This document shows positions 26,005 to 40,199 of a stretch of 64,000 nucleotides of DNA, one piece after another. How positions within the stretch are numbered: position 1 is the stretch's first letter; each line of letters opens with the position of its first letter. Made by a program: the position numbers and the translations under genes. This DNA is from Ophelia neglecta (lineage: Eukaryota): NCBI GenBank assembly GCA_965285935.1, contig OZ260667.1, forward strand, positions 52,886,001 through 52,950,000. Reading direction: 5' to 3'. A model generated the notes under the pieces. The model was not told where the DNA came from. It saw nothing but the letters and a program-made list of their open reading frames with translations, and did not search any database.

Positions 26005-26400
26005 GCGGACCTGAAGCACAGTCGTATTTATTGAGTCGCAGGGTACCAGTTCGATCATCGATCGCTTGCCAGTTTATACATCAGCAGTTAAATGACACTA
26101 AGACTCAATCGAGGCAGCCAGATTTCACAGTCCAATCTTGGTTACCAACAATCACCCGCATGAAATGAAATCGTGAACTGTCCGATGAGTCAAGTGACTG
26201 ATTATCGAGACTGCGGTTTGCGTAATGCATCGGCCTATGTTTTGGTGTTTGATGTCACAAATGACCACACCTTTCAATACATAAGAACCATCCGCGAACC
26301 GCTGTTAGACAGCAATGATACTAATGATCTGCCAATTGTGGTTGCGGGAAACAAAAATGACCATTTAGAGAACCTAAATGCGCAGAAGCCGGAAGGAAAT
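26005..26400 (+). pseudogene. Decayed RASL10 paralogue (frameshifts, 27-nt deletion, 3' truncated)
   Basis: Collinear with 10542-11180: ADLKH/VVFIESQG, QFIHQQ, LVTNNHPHE, NCPM, DYRDCGLRNASAYVLVFDVTNDHTFQYIRTIREPLLDSNDTNDLPIVVAGNKND. The P-loop is destroyed, IPYFPENSI is deleted, and there is no SAK or CAAX. Confidence 0.9.
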
Positions 26401-28649
26401 TGATAGCCAATAAGTCAATAAGTTATAAATGGCGAGAGTCTATTCCCTCCAGACAAAACAATCATTTGATTCGTCAACACTTAACTAAACAAAATGCATC
26501 TTCCTGTACCAACAGTCATGTTCTCTCCCCCCCCCCCTCCCCCCCCCCCCCCCGCCACAGGTTTACTCAACAACTGCATCCCAGGAACATATTATTATCA
26601 AATTTTTCAATATTAACAACATGTTTCGGATAATATCTGTGTGGTCCAAATTAACGCAGTCATTCATCTCAGGCCCCTTTACGAAAACTAACACCAAAGA
26701 CCGAGGCAAATCAATATTTCCCCAATCCATTTAATATCCGAGTTATGTGGCTGAGATTAATCTTGTTCTGAAGTCAAAATTGCCAAATCACTACAATAAA
26801 TCAGCTTGGGATAATAACATTAAGAATAAAACAGACAGACACGTCGTTGAATGTGGGTGTATGTTATAAGCAAGCATCGTACAGGATGAATGCGAACCAA
26901 AGAAGTAAAATTGGCTTTCGATTAAAAACCGCGGAGCCTGGCGGAGTCAGTTCTTAGATTATGACACAACAATAGACCCAAATAACCCTGTCCGCAACCC
27001 AATCCCTAACCTTAAATTAACCTAAAGGACTAGCCAAAGCATTGACGACGATTTCTTTCGCGCCATTCATAAATACCCATGGCTTCCGCATAGCCTCTGT
27101 ACCTCCACGTATAATCAATAGCCAGTGCAAGGCCACACCCTGCATTGATGCCTAAGGCTTCTGGTAGCGTTAGCCGAGTCTTAGATGCAAGCAAAGAATG
27201 GATTAGCCAATGCATTTCGATTTAATCATACCATGACTTGTTGAGATTGATATTTATTAACTTAAAACATAGGATGAGAAGTAATAAGTATTAGAATTGA
27301 AAGTTAGTAATCAAGTGCCGATATGGGCGTTTAATCAAGCAACTGCCTCATTAGTCAAGATATATGCTACAATGGCCAACCCACAATGTCCAAATGGGCG
27401 TTCTCGAGCCACTTGTTATTACCAGCTTGATTAAAGATAATCACTGCTGTGAAAAGTACCATGACTGCCGATGAGCAGATTATTGTGCATATAGCTATCA
27501 CCTTGGTGGTTAAAGTCTTGTTTCCGGTGTTGGTGGCAATGAGAACTTATTCACGTGTAAGGTGCATGTATACAGGCGGTACATGTGCGTTTATTAAATA
27601 CAATATAATGTGGTCCAACATTACAGAAATTAACCTCGAGATTCATCTCTTTGGTCTGGCCATACACCCACAATACCTGATTCGTATTATATTGCAGAAT
27701 TCGATAATATATCGCAAAATGTAAAGTTACAATGAAGTTTTATGCAGCCAAGGAATTATATAAGAACAGGTATTAGAGAAATAGTGAAAGTGCGACCACT
27801 TGTATTGGGACAGAACTGACACATCTGATTTATTTCGGATGATATTGCCCCGAGCCCCCGTGAGCAGTGCCGGCACAATGGACTTGTAATTCGTATGAGA
27901 GCTAAATCTTATCGGAGTAGATACCGTAAGGTTAGTTGTTGATGCACGTGAATCATTGCAAATGCATTCAATTACAGTCTTGTACGAAAAACTCGGGAAG
28001 ATTTGCAGTATCATTGGGAGGGACTCTTAACCATAAATAGCGTTGGAAAAACCACAGGAAGGATGCCTCGTATGTAACAGAGATAATCGTATGTCTACTT
28101 GTGCGGTTTATTCTTATAAATTTTAATTTAATAGGTTGGTGTGATGTTTGAACGTGAATTTATTTAAATCAATTTCCACGACTAATTATTAAACAAATAT
28201 TTTGTACGTATATTGATATTTCCAGTACACATATATACATTCAGTGTTATATAGTGGTGGCTCTCACACTAGCGATTACCTAAATCTTAGCGAGGGTCTC
28301 CATGACCATAATTATAATTTGAACTTACCATCAATCATTGTACATGTTCATTTTGCTATGGTCCAATAAATACATCTGAATCTGATTCATATGCTGTGTT
28401 ATGGCTGAGTCGAACCGCTCACTTGGGATGGAACGACGTGATCTTAAATGTGCTGATGTTCATCAATCGCCTGTACAATAGTGTATTGACATCGGCTAGC
28501 TCAGACTGCCATTCCGGCTCGCACTGTGTACGAATTTAGTTTTGTCAGGAGCTCCCTGCTCCTTTGTGTATACACCAGCTGTGACTTTAATAACGATTTC
28601 TAGGAACGCTTGCCTATTACAAGATACCCTGGTAGGGCTTCTTAATCGA

Positions 28650-29200
28650 ATTGGAATAAGATGAAGACTCGATTCTCAGAAACGAAAGCTAATGGGTTGT
28701 ACGACCATGTGTTGGAGCCATGTTTTTTTTTCGTAGGAAAAATAATACGTTCATGGTTACATTTCCCAGCACAACTCATTCATCTTCGATCAATTTGGTG
28801 TAGGTAAATTTAGTAGAACACTCTGTTCAAGGCACACTTTCCCGGAAAACACAGACATCAAATTTGTTGCAAACATATATCGCAGATAAAACACAATCAC
28901 CATAGGTTTTATTCTCATTAAAAAGGCGGACTGATAAAGGATGTATGGGTGAATGTACATGGCAACAGGCCCCGACACTTGCATATTGATGAATCAAGTT
29001 GTCAGTGAGATTGTTCAACGAATACTCGGAGCTACCACAGACTTCTTGAGTTTTCAATTTGATTATTGATCCCAAATATCCTTAGCTCTTTTTCAAACTC
29101 GTATCTGGATACATTTTGGAAGTAAGAAAGACATAATGATCATTCATGGAAAGTTTTTTTAATCAAGGTTGTTTAAATGAAAAACATTTGGTTGGCTAGT
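28650..29200 (-). mobile_element. Possible degraded Penelope-like RT/GIY-YIG linker relic
   Basis: Frameshifted VVA..../NNLTDNLIH followed by a Cys-containing segment resembles the PLE VAY.R..NL.D.LVH motif; weak. Confidence 0.25.
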
Positions 29201-31899
29201 TAAATCAAAATGAATTGACAAGCAATTTTGTATAAACTGTATATCTAGCAACAATTGTCCTCAATACTGACCATAAGAAGAGCTATCGGACAGTTTAAGG
29301 GGGGCATTTTCCAGATGCACAGATACTTACTTTATATATAAATTAATTAATTTTTCTAAGGCATTTAGCATCCTGGGAACCGATAGAAATATGGCAACAA
29401 TTCTAAAGAAGGTTGTAAAGCAAGTAATGTATGTCGGTGGGGCGGCCATTGCACATGCATAGATTTTAATAGTCACTGAGTTTTACTGCTCAATTCTGCT
29501 GAAACAATATCAAATGCCTCCTGCCAAAGCATGCTAATATTTTGCAGACTTGTTTATTACAAAGGACGTTTGGAAATTGATACATAAATGGCTAAACCGA
29601 ACACAGTGAGTTTGTGTGTTGTGATGTATATGTTGTTGTGAACCGTCGGCCGACAGCGAGCAATAAAACAAGATTAAGCTAACCTGTGCAGACTAATACG
29701 TGATTTGTTGCTCGTTATTGCATTATGACTACTTAAGTAAAGGCTGCCCACAGGGGGTCCGACCACGAACTCGGGTTATTCAACCCAGACATTGTTAGAC
29801 ACGACAGAAACACTAGTGAGGAAAATGGATCAACTTCCGTTTCATTCAATTACCAGCTGACATTTATGGGTCGTGCCCTGAATATTTCTTCTACCAGATA
29901 ATAGAAAGCATACTTGAACTCGCTCGGTCGATATGTTTCAAGGCAGCATATGGCGGTGTTATAAGGGACTTTATGCGTGCGTCCTTACATGTTGTACATG
30001 TATTGATATAATTAAATATTTATATGTCAATTTCTGGTTGTTTTGATTGTATTTTGTGTTGCTTCCCACCTACTGACGGTTGGTGAACTAGATCAGTGAT
30101 GTAGAGGAACAAACGGTGTAAAGGACATTCCCCTTTATTACTCCTGTTCAGAACAAAAAACCTTCATGTATCGGTAATGTTTTTAAGATATTAACCCGAT
30201 GTACAGACACATACATGGCTTGAATCATACGGAGCTGATTAGTAAAAAAGAGACATTGGCCCTGATACACGATAATCGACCCTGAAAGCAGCCGTAAGCA
30301 ACGCTGATTTCAGACTTGCATTCGCAAGGTGCTTATCGAACGATCTTGTGGTGCCAAATATGGTTGAAAGCGGCATGCCAAAAAGTACATATCAGCTCAT
30401 GTCCATTATATTTTGTTTTTATCTAAATAAGTATGTTTCGTCTGATTATTTTTATTGCAAGAATTTTTTTCTTCAAGGTAACAAGGAATTATTTGCCCGT
30501 TGTTTGCTGGAAGATGATGCATTTTGTTGTAATCTTGAAGGAAACTAGTTCATCATTGTTATCAATACTGGCATCGCTGGAACATTCTCAATTTTCTTCT
30601 AGCACAAATGGTCCAATGTAAACAGAAATATTCTGGGCAAAAGCAACAATACAGAACTTCGTTGCTGTTTATACCCCCCCCCCCCCCCATGGTACTCACA
30701 TATTACATTGTTCCCCAGCTGATTAAGGCTTGAAGGCTGCTACTGCAATTATAAAACACATCTTTAAAATTAACTAGCAAACCAGATTACATTTACTCTC
30801 CTCGATGATGTTATTATCTGCGGTAAGAAATGCTTACTCATAAGGAAACACGGTGTGATTGGATTCAAGATAGGTCATTCAATATTAGTATTCAGGACTT
30901 ATTTGCTTAATTGGGGAGAAATCATCAGCATTAGTCAACATTTTAGAGAAAAAAATACAGCACTCTAGATTGGTTGGGACGAGTTTGCACGGTGTATTTA
31001 GTACCTTTATAACTTCCTTGTCACATGCTTTAGAAGTCTTTAGCACTGATATATGTGTTCTCTATCCTGGTTCATGGTCACTGGCGAGGTTTACTTTGTT
31101 GTCAAAAAAGGGGCTGATCTCTTCCTGGCAACTATCTGGGTATAACTGCTTTCTTGCCAAGACCTACTCTTTGGTATGATTAATTGATTCTTGTGCTGGG
31201 GGCGTCCATTCCAGGAACAAGCTGGAGGTCAAACCAGTTAATGATGTCCCGAACTCGAACTTCATCAGAGGAATCCATGGTCTGTGATTCTGTTTTTGTT
31301 CGTTATCAATTCTCTATTGATTGATCATCGATCACTCCCAGACGTTGTCTGACTGGGCTTCTTCCACGCTCTCCTACTGATGGACCACCTCGAGATACTC
31401 ACCTTACACCCTGCCTTAATTGCGGGTCTTCTGGGTCTTTCTTCGAAGAACTGGATTAAAGACCATTCGAAAAAATTTCACGCAAATTGTTCTTGTTTTC
31501 TTTGTTGGGGGGGCCATTCTTTGAACAAAGAAATAATAATATATCGGCAACTTGCTCTCTTTTGAGCGATCGGGACGGGTACAGGATCATATAGTGACCA
31601 AGTACAGGAATGGGCCTCGGCTACTGTGTTTTCTGAAAACATACAGGGGCACTTCTGCTGTATACAACATATGAACTGGTATGGCAGTCTGCTCTTGTTG
31701 CGGCTATACTCTGCGGATGCAAAAACTTGGTTGACTTCCTCTATGGCCTGCATAAAACAAGCATATAGCTCAAATCTGATGGATATAATGAGCCTGCGCC
31801 CACAAACCATAACGGACTCTGTGCTCTTGGGGAAGGCACTGCCTGATGAGGATTAAATTATTCGGAAAACAATGACGAATGTTTCTCAGCAGGACAATG

Positions 31900-32400
31900 T
31901 CTGTGCTCTCCTTTATGTTTGGCGTTTGAGGCTGCACGTTCTGCCGAGTCAGACACGAAACAGTATTTCAGACTAGATACACGGACTAATTATTTTAACT
32001 GAAGGTACATACCGGATCCGAAGCCACGTGATGGCAGATACTTCGTCGAAACGCATGGGTTACAGGTTTCTCATCCCCGACCTAGTTAAGCCCCCTATAA
32101 TTTTGACCCCTCGTCATTGGCTTCTAGAACGCTCGCATCGCGTTCATCAGGATGCGTACAGGCTCGCATTATCTGGGCCAGGATACTGGCCGGAGGGCTA
32201 GGCTTCCACTAGAAAATCGTCTCTGTTCCTGTTGTCAAATCCCCGATGACATGCATATATTATGCTACTGCCCTCTGACTTTGGACTTAAGATATGTTTG
32301 GCCAGGTGAACACAAGTTTTTTCGACTTTTTATATAAACAGAAACTAATAGAATTGGCTCTCTATTTCTGTGAGGTCACAAAAAAATATTATGCTTATTA
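31900..32400 (+). mobile_element. Non-LTR retrotransposon 3' end relic (CR1/L2-group)
   Basis: TSSKRMGYRFLIPDL followed by RIAFIRMRTGSHYLGQDTGRRARLPLENRLCSCCQIPDDMHILCYCPLTLDLR, matching the R..SH.L.IETGRW...RLC.C...H.L..C C-terminal motif. Confidence 0.75.
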
Positions 32401-35400
32401 ATAATCATAATAAAAAACTTCTGCTCTATGTATACAGCTTTCAGGGTATTAATCATATGTGTGTATCATTGATAACTTAAGGACATATTTTAACAGGACA
32501 ATCCATACAACTATTAAATAATGTAATTTCCATTTCGGTCAATAAATGTGTAACTACTATTGGGATAATTTCATGCATTGATATGGCGTCTACCATGAGC
32601 CCTTCTTAACCTTAGCACAGTATGCATATTGTACAGAGTCCATTTCTGATAAGAGTAGGTATAAATCCGGCCATATAAACAATTTAGGCGTTATCACCGA
32701 TCGATTATTCTATTACTGAAGGCCACGAGCAAAAGACTGTCCATGATTATATCATAGCAAATATGGATGGGTTATTAATGTATGAAATTACTTAGTAGTT
32801 CAGAATAGTTTAGAAGCCTATGTCCTAGGGGCAACATACGTCACATGCGTAAAGACAGGGTTCTCCTTGAAAATGGAACACAGTAGCATGCCTCTTTATT
32901 CGATTCATTTAAGGATTTTTGCTTAGATTTAGGTGACACTGTGCATTATTGCCAGAGAGGTCCAAAGCTAGGCTCTGCCTGATGCTTATGAAGTCTGACT
33001 GTGTAAAATCGATCCAATCCCTTATCCACGAATTGCCCTATGGCATCTGTTCAGTGATCTAAACTGAAGTCGACTTCACCATTCCAATTCCGCTATCCAC
33101 TTATATCCAGAGATAAGGAATTGACCAAATGTTTTTTACGTACCCTCTATTCCCTATGGTCATTTAGCCAAGATATAGCAACAGCAGCCCAGTTAAATGC
33201 AAATGCCTAAACTTTGGTTGCATGTCCGTGCTAATATATTCTTTGGACAAACAGGGTAGTTCAATATTAAACAAAACTCCCTGCTAGTGGCTGCAATGCT
33301 CCTACACAGAAGATTGCTTGTATCTATGAAGAGGTATGTATCGGTGTACGATCCTCGATTGATTGTGCGCGATGCAGAACATGCTATTATTTGGTTTTGG
33401 CATTTTTTGGTGATTATTGGTCGTAATTTGACTATAGTTTGCGCTTTTTTGCACAGATAATGTGGTTATTACTTTCGTATTGCTCTTAACATACATGTTT
33501 TATTACAGACACATAAGTCTTTGTCTCTTGAAATCCTTATCTAATCAAATGCTTGGCGTGAGGAGCTTCGGATGTAATTGATCGATTAAACAACACCAGC
33601 ACAAAAGTTGGCAAGGGTAATCACACGGGAACTCATAGGCACCGGAACAGTTTGAATTGCTTAGGAGATACAGTGTTGTTGGGCAGGGGTTTATGTTTTA
33701 TTTATGTTTTATGTTTATTTTCACTAGAGGTGAAATAAAGATAAACTAGAAAAGATACAAACATAATATTGAAAAACGCCTCATGAAATAGAGGAAACAC
33801 CGATTCTGACGCCAAGACCTGGTCTAATAGTTGTGCCAAAACTCAATGATATTTTACTTGACATATCTTCCCTAGTATCTATCATCTCTAAGTACAAGCA
33901 AACTCGAACTGCGGAATGATTACTGCGGCAGATGATAAAGCTACATGCCGTACTTGTTGAGCTGTCTAAATACCAAGACAGCCAACATAAGTGTGAAGGC
34001 TATTACTCACAAGGGCAAGGGAGCATAAAATAGATTGGAGTTTTCTCAGCAAAAGCTGCGGACGAACATTTGAAATTAAGAATATGAATCTCTAACATTG
34101 CGGGAAATCATTGCTTCTTATCCCAGGTGTGTGCCAAGTATCAAAGTGCGTTACAAGTCACATTAATCTTCGAAGCCATAATACTATCGACTATTTACTC
34201 AGGCGCACCAATCCTACCGCAACATCTTGGCGTCCATTAAGTTCGCGATAAGCTGGCTCAAGCAATATGATATTAGATATCACCACCATTTATGACAGTC
34301 AATGTCGACCACAGTATTAATATAATGTTAGTTTCTCCGATATTTGTGATTAACCTGTTGGAATTGTTATGTTAGAATAATATAAGTCAAATACACAAAA
34401 GTCTCTGAAATATTTATATCAAATAAAATGAGAACTGAAGCCGTCGATGAAAATAGCTTAACTTGAATGATTTTTCTTAAAAAAATCCCCAGCTTTATTC
34501 AGTAAAGATTTCAAAATGACTAGATGATACCAAAATACTTTCCTTTTATTTTGTAACGTTAATGGCTGAAATATTAAGCAAATAATGTTGGCAAAAGAAG
34601 TGAGCTCGCATATGAATTTGAATGATTGTTATGAGGTCGTGGCAAAATACTCTTGGTATTATGATTAGTCCAAAGGTTTACATTAGGCTCTTTCCGCTGT
34701 TTTCATGGGAAAATGCTTAGCTTTGAAAGTTAAATGCGACAGGTATGTCTTGAGGCTCGCAGACAAATACTAAGTGCAGCCATGCAAAATCAGGGCGACT
34801 TGAATTGTCGTTAGGCCGGCCATGCACATGATGCCAATTAGGGACACACAGTAGCAGGAAACCGGTTTATTAAGATTATTTTGCTGCCCGGCTGCTAAAT
34901 CCCCATGACTCAGAGCTTTAGGAAAATAAGACCACCAATTAAATCCAGTGATTTCAAGACCGATGGACTTAAAATGATAGACTCCCTGGTTTGATATATG
35001 TTTAGTGAATGTAATTCGCGGGGCAGTTGTGGTGGAAAGGGGGGGGGGGGTAGTAATATGAGCCGAGCTTGCGGTTATTACTTTTTAATCTCGAGATCCG
35101 TCAAGAATTAAGGAGACGCCTTGGCCTAATTGTTGTTTAGCGAGGAATCGATTTTTACCATTGCAAGGCACTGCGTTGTCCCTCGGGCAAAATCCGTAAC
35201 CTTGTTGTGCATCTGTCAAACAAATGGGATGGCATGTACCATGCAGACGGGAAGCCTATTTTTGAAGAACAATGAGGCTATTACCATTTTTGAAGACTAC
35301 TTATCGGTCCATACAATGCAAGGGATATTAAATTTATGTTTTGTGAGATTAATTAATTGATGTGTGTGGGCAAGTTCCAGGTAATTCTGGCCCTTTTTAA

Positions 35401-37783
35401 GGTAGGGAGATTTATCAGTTAAAAGATTTTGAAAGGCCTGAATTGGTCATTTTTGAAACTTTGCTGATTTGGAACAAGGAATATCAGCTGTTTCCTCTGA
35501 TACATTCATTTCCTTTCTGCACTTTCTAGTTTTGCAATAAAAAGGTGTTTTTGTTAAAGTTCATTATGCCTCAGTTTGTTAACAAACACCAGGTTTTATT
35601 ATTGGGAAGTCACATGATCAGTCGTGCATGTCTGACAATGATGGAATAGCAATAAGTCCTCCTCCCCCCCCACAAAAATAGTACGTGAAATAATCACAGA
35701 TTTACATCAATGTGAGAGATATTATTACTTTTCAAATTTGCGTGTTCATTTGGTACAATACACACACTAAAATAGCTATAAGCGAGAAGAAGACTGTCAA
35801 TTTAGAGTTGAGAGAAGCACAGGTATGTTGATCAAGGCTCGGAAGGAAAAAGGGTAAATGAATTATGTTTTTGCCTAGACATGTACTGTAATGTGATAAC
35901 TACAAGCAATCCCTGCTCTGAAAGTACACAAAACATTCTATGTTATAATATAAGACTTGAATGTTTGTGAATATGACAACTTATTATCTGAGTCCTCTTT
36001 TCTTATAACTTGGAACTTCTTTATTGCCGATAACCCACTTGGACCCCAAGATATTCCCGGTCCATTCTCACACAAATATCTAAAAGTAGCTCAGTTAAAA
36101 TGTTGAATAATCGGAAGTCACAGGTTTGAAATCACAATAGGCTTTTAATTTTGGGAACTTGTAAATCTGATCGCTGCTTATCAGAGTTATCCTACTGTCA
36201 ATATGCTCCGTTATTTAATTTGTACTTTATAAGCATTCAAAAAATGAGTAATATTTTCACATAAAATATCGCTCAAAGTCATAATTTTTCCTTTTTTTCC
36301 AGATAAGTTGGACAATATATATTCTTTCTACCTAGTTGTATCTCTTTATTATAATAGATATGATGCATCAATGTATATCATTCTTAATAAAACAATTTTA
36401 TTGCTACCGCTGTCTGAACTGTTGCTCCCTAATAGACTATTCTCGACTTATGATTTTACTTTTTCTGCTGGTAATCCACTTCCTTTTTATGATTGCTTTG
36501 GAACAAACAAATCCATATCTTAACGAATTAAACTTATAAGTAACCCAAGACAAATTAAAAAACTGAGAGTTTTGGCTTCTATCGGATTTTGCCAAGAGTG
36601 ATCAAATGAGGATTCATTCGATTATTAAAAAAAACCTTGATAGCATAAGTTTAGAATAATTTCATACGCTTGGCACATGACAAATGTAGGCTAAGCAAGG
36701 TGGATGTACTCAACAAGTGATGTTTAAGTAAAGGTCTTTCCTAGTGTTTAAATGAAGCCTAACCTTTTGCATTAACATGTGAAAGCATCTCAAGAGCAGA
36801 TTATTAGATGGATCCCTATACACATTCTACATTTTTTATTGATAGTCGACTAGCCAGTCAATGACATGAGCAGTGGAACTAGGAGTTCAGAGCCAGTCTA
36901 AGAAAGGGTAACCAGTTACTACCAACATCGCCTAATTTATGATAAGCGATGGCTATTTATTGGCTTCTGTCTGTATAACGATATTATTTATAAAAGTAAA
37001 TATACTATACGAGTACAAAATGTCTTCATCGCAAATGTTTAGTAGAAATTTTGATTGGTTACCAACCCTAACTACATAACAACGAATTCGTAAATGGAAA
37101 TTAACCTTTATCCACATACTAAATTAATGTACAGAAAGATCATTTAGGTGTGTATCGCCTCATTAATAGTAATAGGCTACAGCAATATCCAAACACTGAC
37201 TGCCTATATTGTATGGAATCTGAGCCAGTTGCCCGTTTACTGTATCATTTCGCCTAATGGATTTTCCCTGTCGGAGAAGTGAATAATGTGTTATTTACCT
37301 GGTCCATCGCTCAGCGATCTCATCAATCACTTGGTAAAAAGTCTCGCTTCGCAGAATGTCACTCTTAGCTCAGACTTAAATTATTAACCGTAGATCTTAA
37401 ACGGCTACTTCACCATTTTCAATTTGTGAGGTTATTTTGGTCTTATAACTGTTAACCGTGTGAAGCCTTGTATCACGCTTTTATGAGATTATTATTACCA
37501 ACAAGGTATGCATTTTATAGTGAGCAGTTACCCACATCACCTTTATTCCATAATCAGTGTGTTTGTAATATGGTGGTTGCATTATTCTGGGTATTCCAGA
37601 CTATTCCATGCTTGGGATTGCAACAGTAGTAGTCGCTGTTGACATATACCTAGCCACTAGTCTGCGGACTCGAACACGGTGGAAGGCACTTCCTTAAGGC
37701 AGCACTTAAACATGGAGTGTTTTCCCGTTTACTGTGGATATTCGGCACAGTAAAAAAAAAAAAAAAACCTTGGATGCGGATGG

Positions 37784-39944
37784 TCGCTTTTCGTCATAAT
37801 GTTGTTCGCATATTCGTACCTAATCCAGCACGGAAAGGTTATATCAAACCAAATGTTAATGCTGTCAATCACTGACATGTTAATATCGTTATAATTTGAA
37901 TGATGCATACAAGAGATGTCCCTTTTTGCAGGGAACGGGTATGGACAATATTGTTAACGATACAGCATCAAGTGTTTTATCAATGATATTTTGAAATGGA
38001 AAATATCATTTTCTGCTATCATTGAATCTATATTACGATTTATTACGGTGCATCTGGAACAAAATTCCCGCCCCCATTTGGGTTTTAAAAACAGTTATAT
38101 CGTTATGAATTTCAGTTGAGTATTTATAATTATTTTTTTTATTTTATTACTGATGTGAACGGCTTTGCTAAAACTCTCCACCTGGATTTATTTGCATACT
38201 TTTCCCAAGAACCTTGTAATTGTGAAACTATGTTAATATTCTGCGGTATGAATGGTGTGCCCTTAAGTCATAGAAGAGATGTCCCTATCTGGATGGAATA
38301 GGAATAGACATTGCCGTTCGCGATACAACAACAATTGTTTTAATGATAATATTTTTAAATAGACAAAATCACTTCCGCTATCATTGAAACTATATTCCGA
38401 TTTATTACGGCGTATCTGGAACCACATTCCCGCCCCCATTTGGGTTTTAACAACAGTTATATCGTTATGAAATGTTTTAATTTTATTACTGACGTGAACC
38501 CTTTTGCTTAAACTCTCCACCTGGATATATTTTCATATTTTTTCCCAGGAACCTCGTTATTGTGAAAGTAGTTAGGTTAATAATCTACAGTATGAATGGT
38601 GTGCCCTTAAGTCAACATGGAGCAAAAACGAACCCAGCAGCTATTCAGATAATACAGTCTAGATACATATGACTGGCTAGAAAAAGATCAGTTCTGTCGA
38701 AAATTGCTTTGAGCTTTTAAAGTATTATAAGTATTTTCTCTTACCTAATATTTATTGGCAAGGTATTTTATTTTTTGCGGGTAACCATGGACGTTGTTTA
38801 GAATGTTAACATCTAATTTTCCAAGGATGCAAGGTTGAAATTAGACATTCAGTAAGGAAGAAGATCGCTTTTCGTCATAATGTTGTTCGCATATTCGTAC
38901 CTAATCCAGCACGGAAAGGTTATATCAAACCAAATGTTAATGCTGTCAATCACTAACATGTTAATATCGTTATAATTTGAATGATGCATACAAGAGATGT
39001 CCCTTTTTGCAGGGAACGGGTATGGACAATATTGTTAACGATACAGCATCAAGTGTTTTATCAATGATATCTTGAAATGGAAAATATCATTTTCTGCTAT
39101 CATTGAATCTATATTACGATTTATTACGGTGCATCTGGAACAAAATTCCCGCCCCCATTTGGTTTTAAAAACAGTTATATCGTTATGAATTTCAGTTGAG
39201 TATTTATAATTATTTTCTTTAATTTTATTACTGATGTGAACGGCTTTGCTAAAACTCTCCACCTGGATTTATTTGCATACTTTTCCCAAGAACCTTGTAA
39301 TTGTGAAACTAGGTTAATATTCTGCGGTATGAATGGTGTGCCCTTAAGTCATAGAAGAGATGTCCCTATCTGGATGGAATAGGAATAGACATTGCCGTTC
39401 GCGATACAGCAACAATTGTTTTTAATAATAATATTTTTAAATAGACAAAATCACTTCCGCTATCATTGAAACTATATTCCGATTTATTACGGCGTATCTG
39501 GAACCACATTCCCGCCCCCATTTGGGTTTTAACAACAGTCATATCGTTATGAAATGCTTTAATTTTATTACTGACGTGAACCCTTTTGCTTAAACTCTCC
39601 ACCTGGATTTATTTTCATACTTTTTCCCAGGAACCTTGTTATTGTGAAAGTAATTAGGTTAATAATCTACAGTATGAATGGTGTGCCCTCAAGTCACCAT
39701 GGAGCAAAAACGAACCCAGCAGCTATTCAGATAATACAGTCTAGGTACATATGACTGGCTAGAAAGATCAGTTCTGTCGAAAATTGCTTTGAGCTTTTAA
39801 AGTATTATAAGTATTTTCTCTTACCTATTATTTATTGGCAAGGTATTTAATTTTTGGCAGGTAACCATGGACGTTGTTAAGAATGTTAACATCTAATTTG
39901 CCAAGGATGAAAGGTTGAAATTAGACATTCAGTTAGGAAGAAGA
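37784..39944. repeat. Tandem duplication of a ~1081-bp unit (37784-38864; 38865-39944), each unit holding an older ~360-bp internal duplication
   Basis: Both copies start tcgcttttcgtcataatg and end ..aggaagaaga, and they are nearly identical. Internal aagagatgtccct...gtgcccttaagtca sub-repeats begin at ~37911, 38274, 38992 and 39355. Confidence 0.95.
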
Positions 39945-40199
39945 TTGACTTGTGCATTACATTTTCAACGAGTAAAGAGCAACCTTAGATGTGTTTCATT
40001 TTGGTTGCAGGCAATCATTAACACGACATCTTTATTTCAAGATTGATCGCAATTACAATACAAAAATAATAGCAATAATATTGCATTTCTAAGTATGTCA
40101 ATCACACAAGCCCTTCACAGACAAAGACCCAGAATTTATGGATAAAAAGAAAATTGCTTATTTAAAACAGCATCAGTACACATAATGCAGTACCGGAGC

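Noticed and set aside
31835-31895. Hammerhead-ribozyme-like CTGATGA..stem..GGAAAAC
   Set aside because: The GAAA box and the NUH/stem I register do not fit the consensus.
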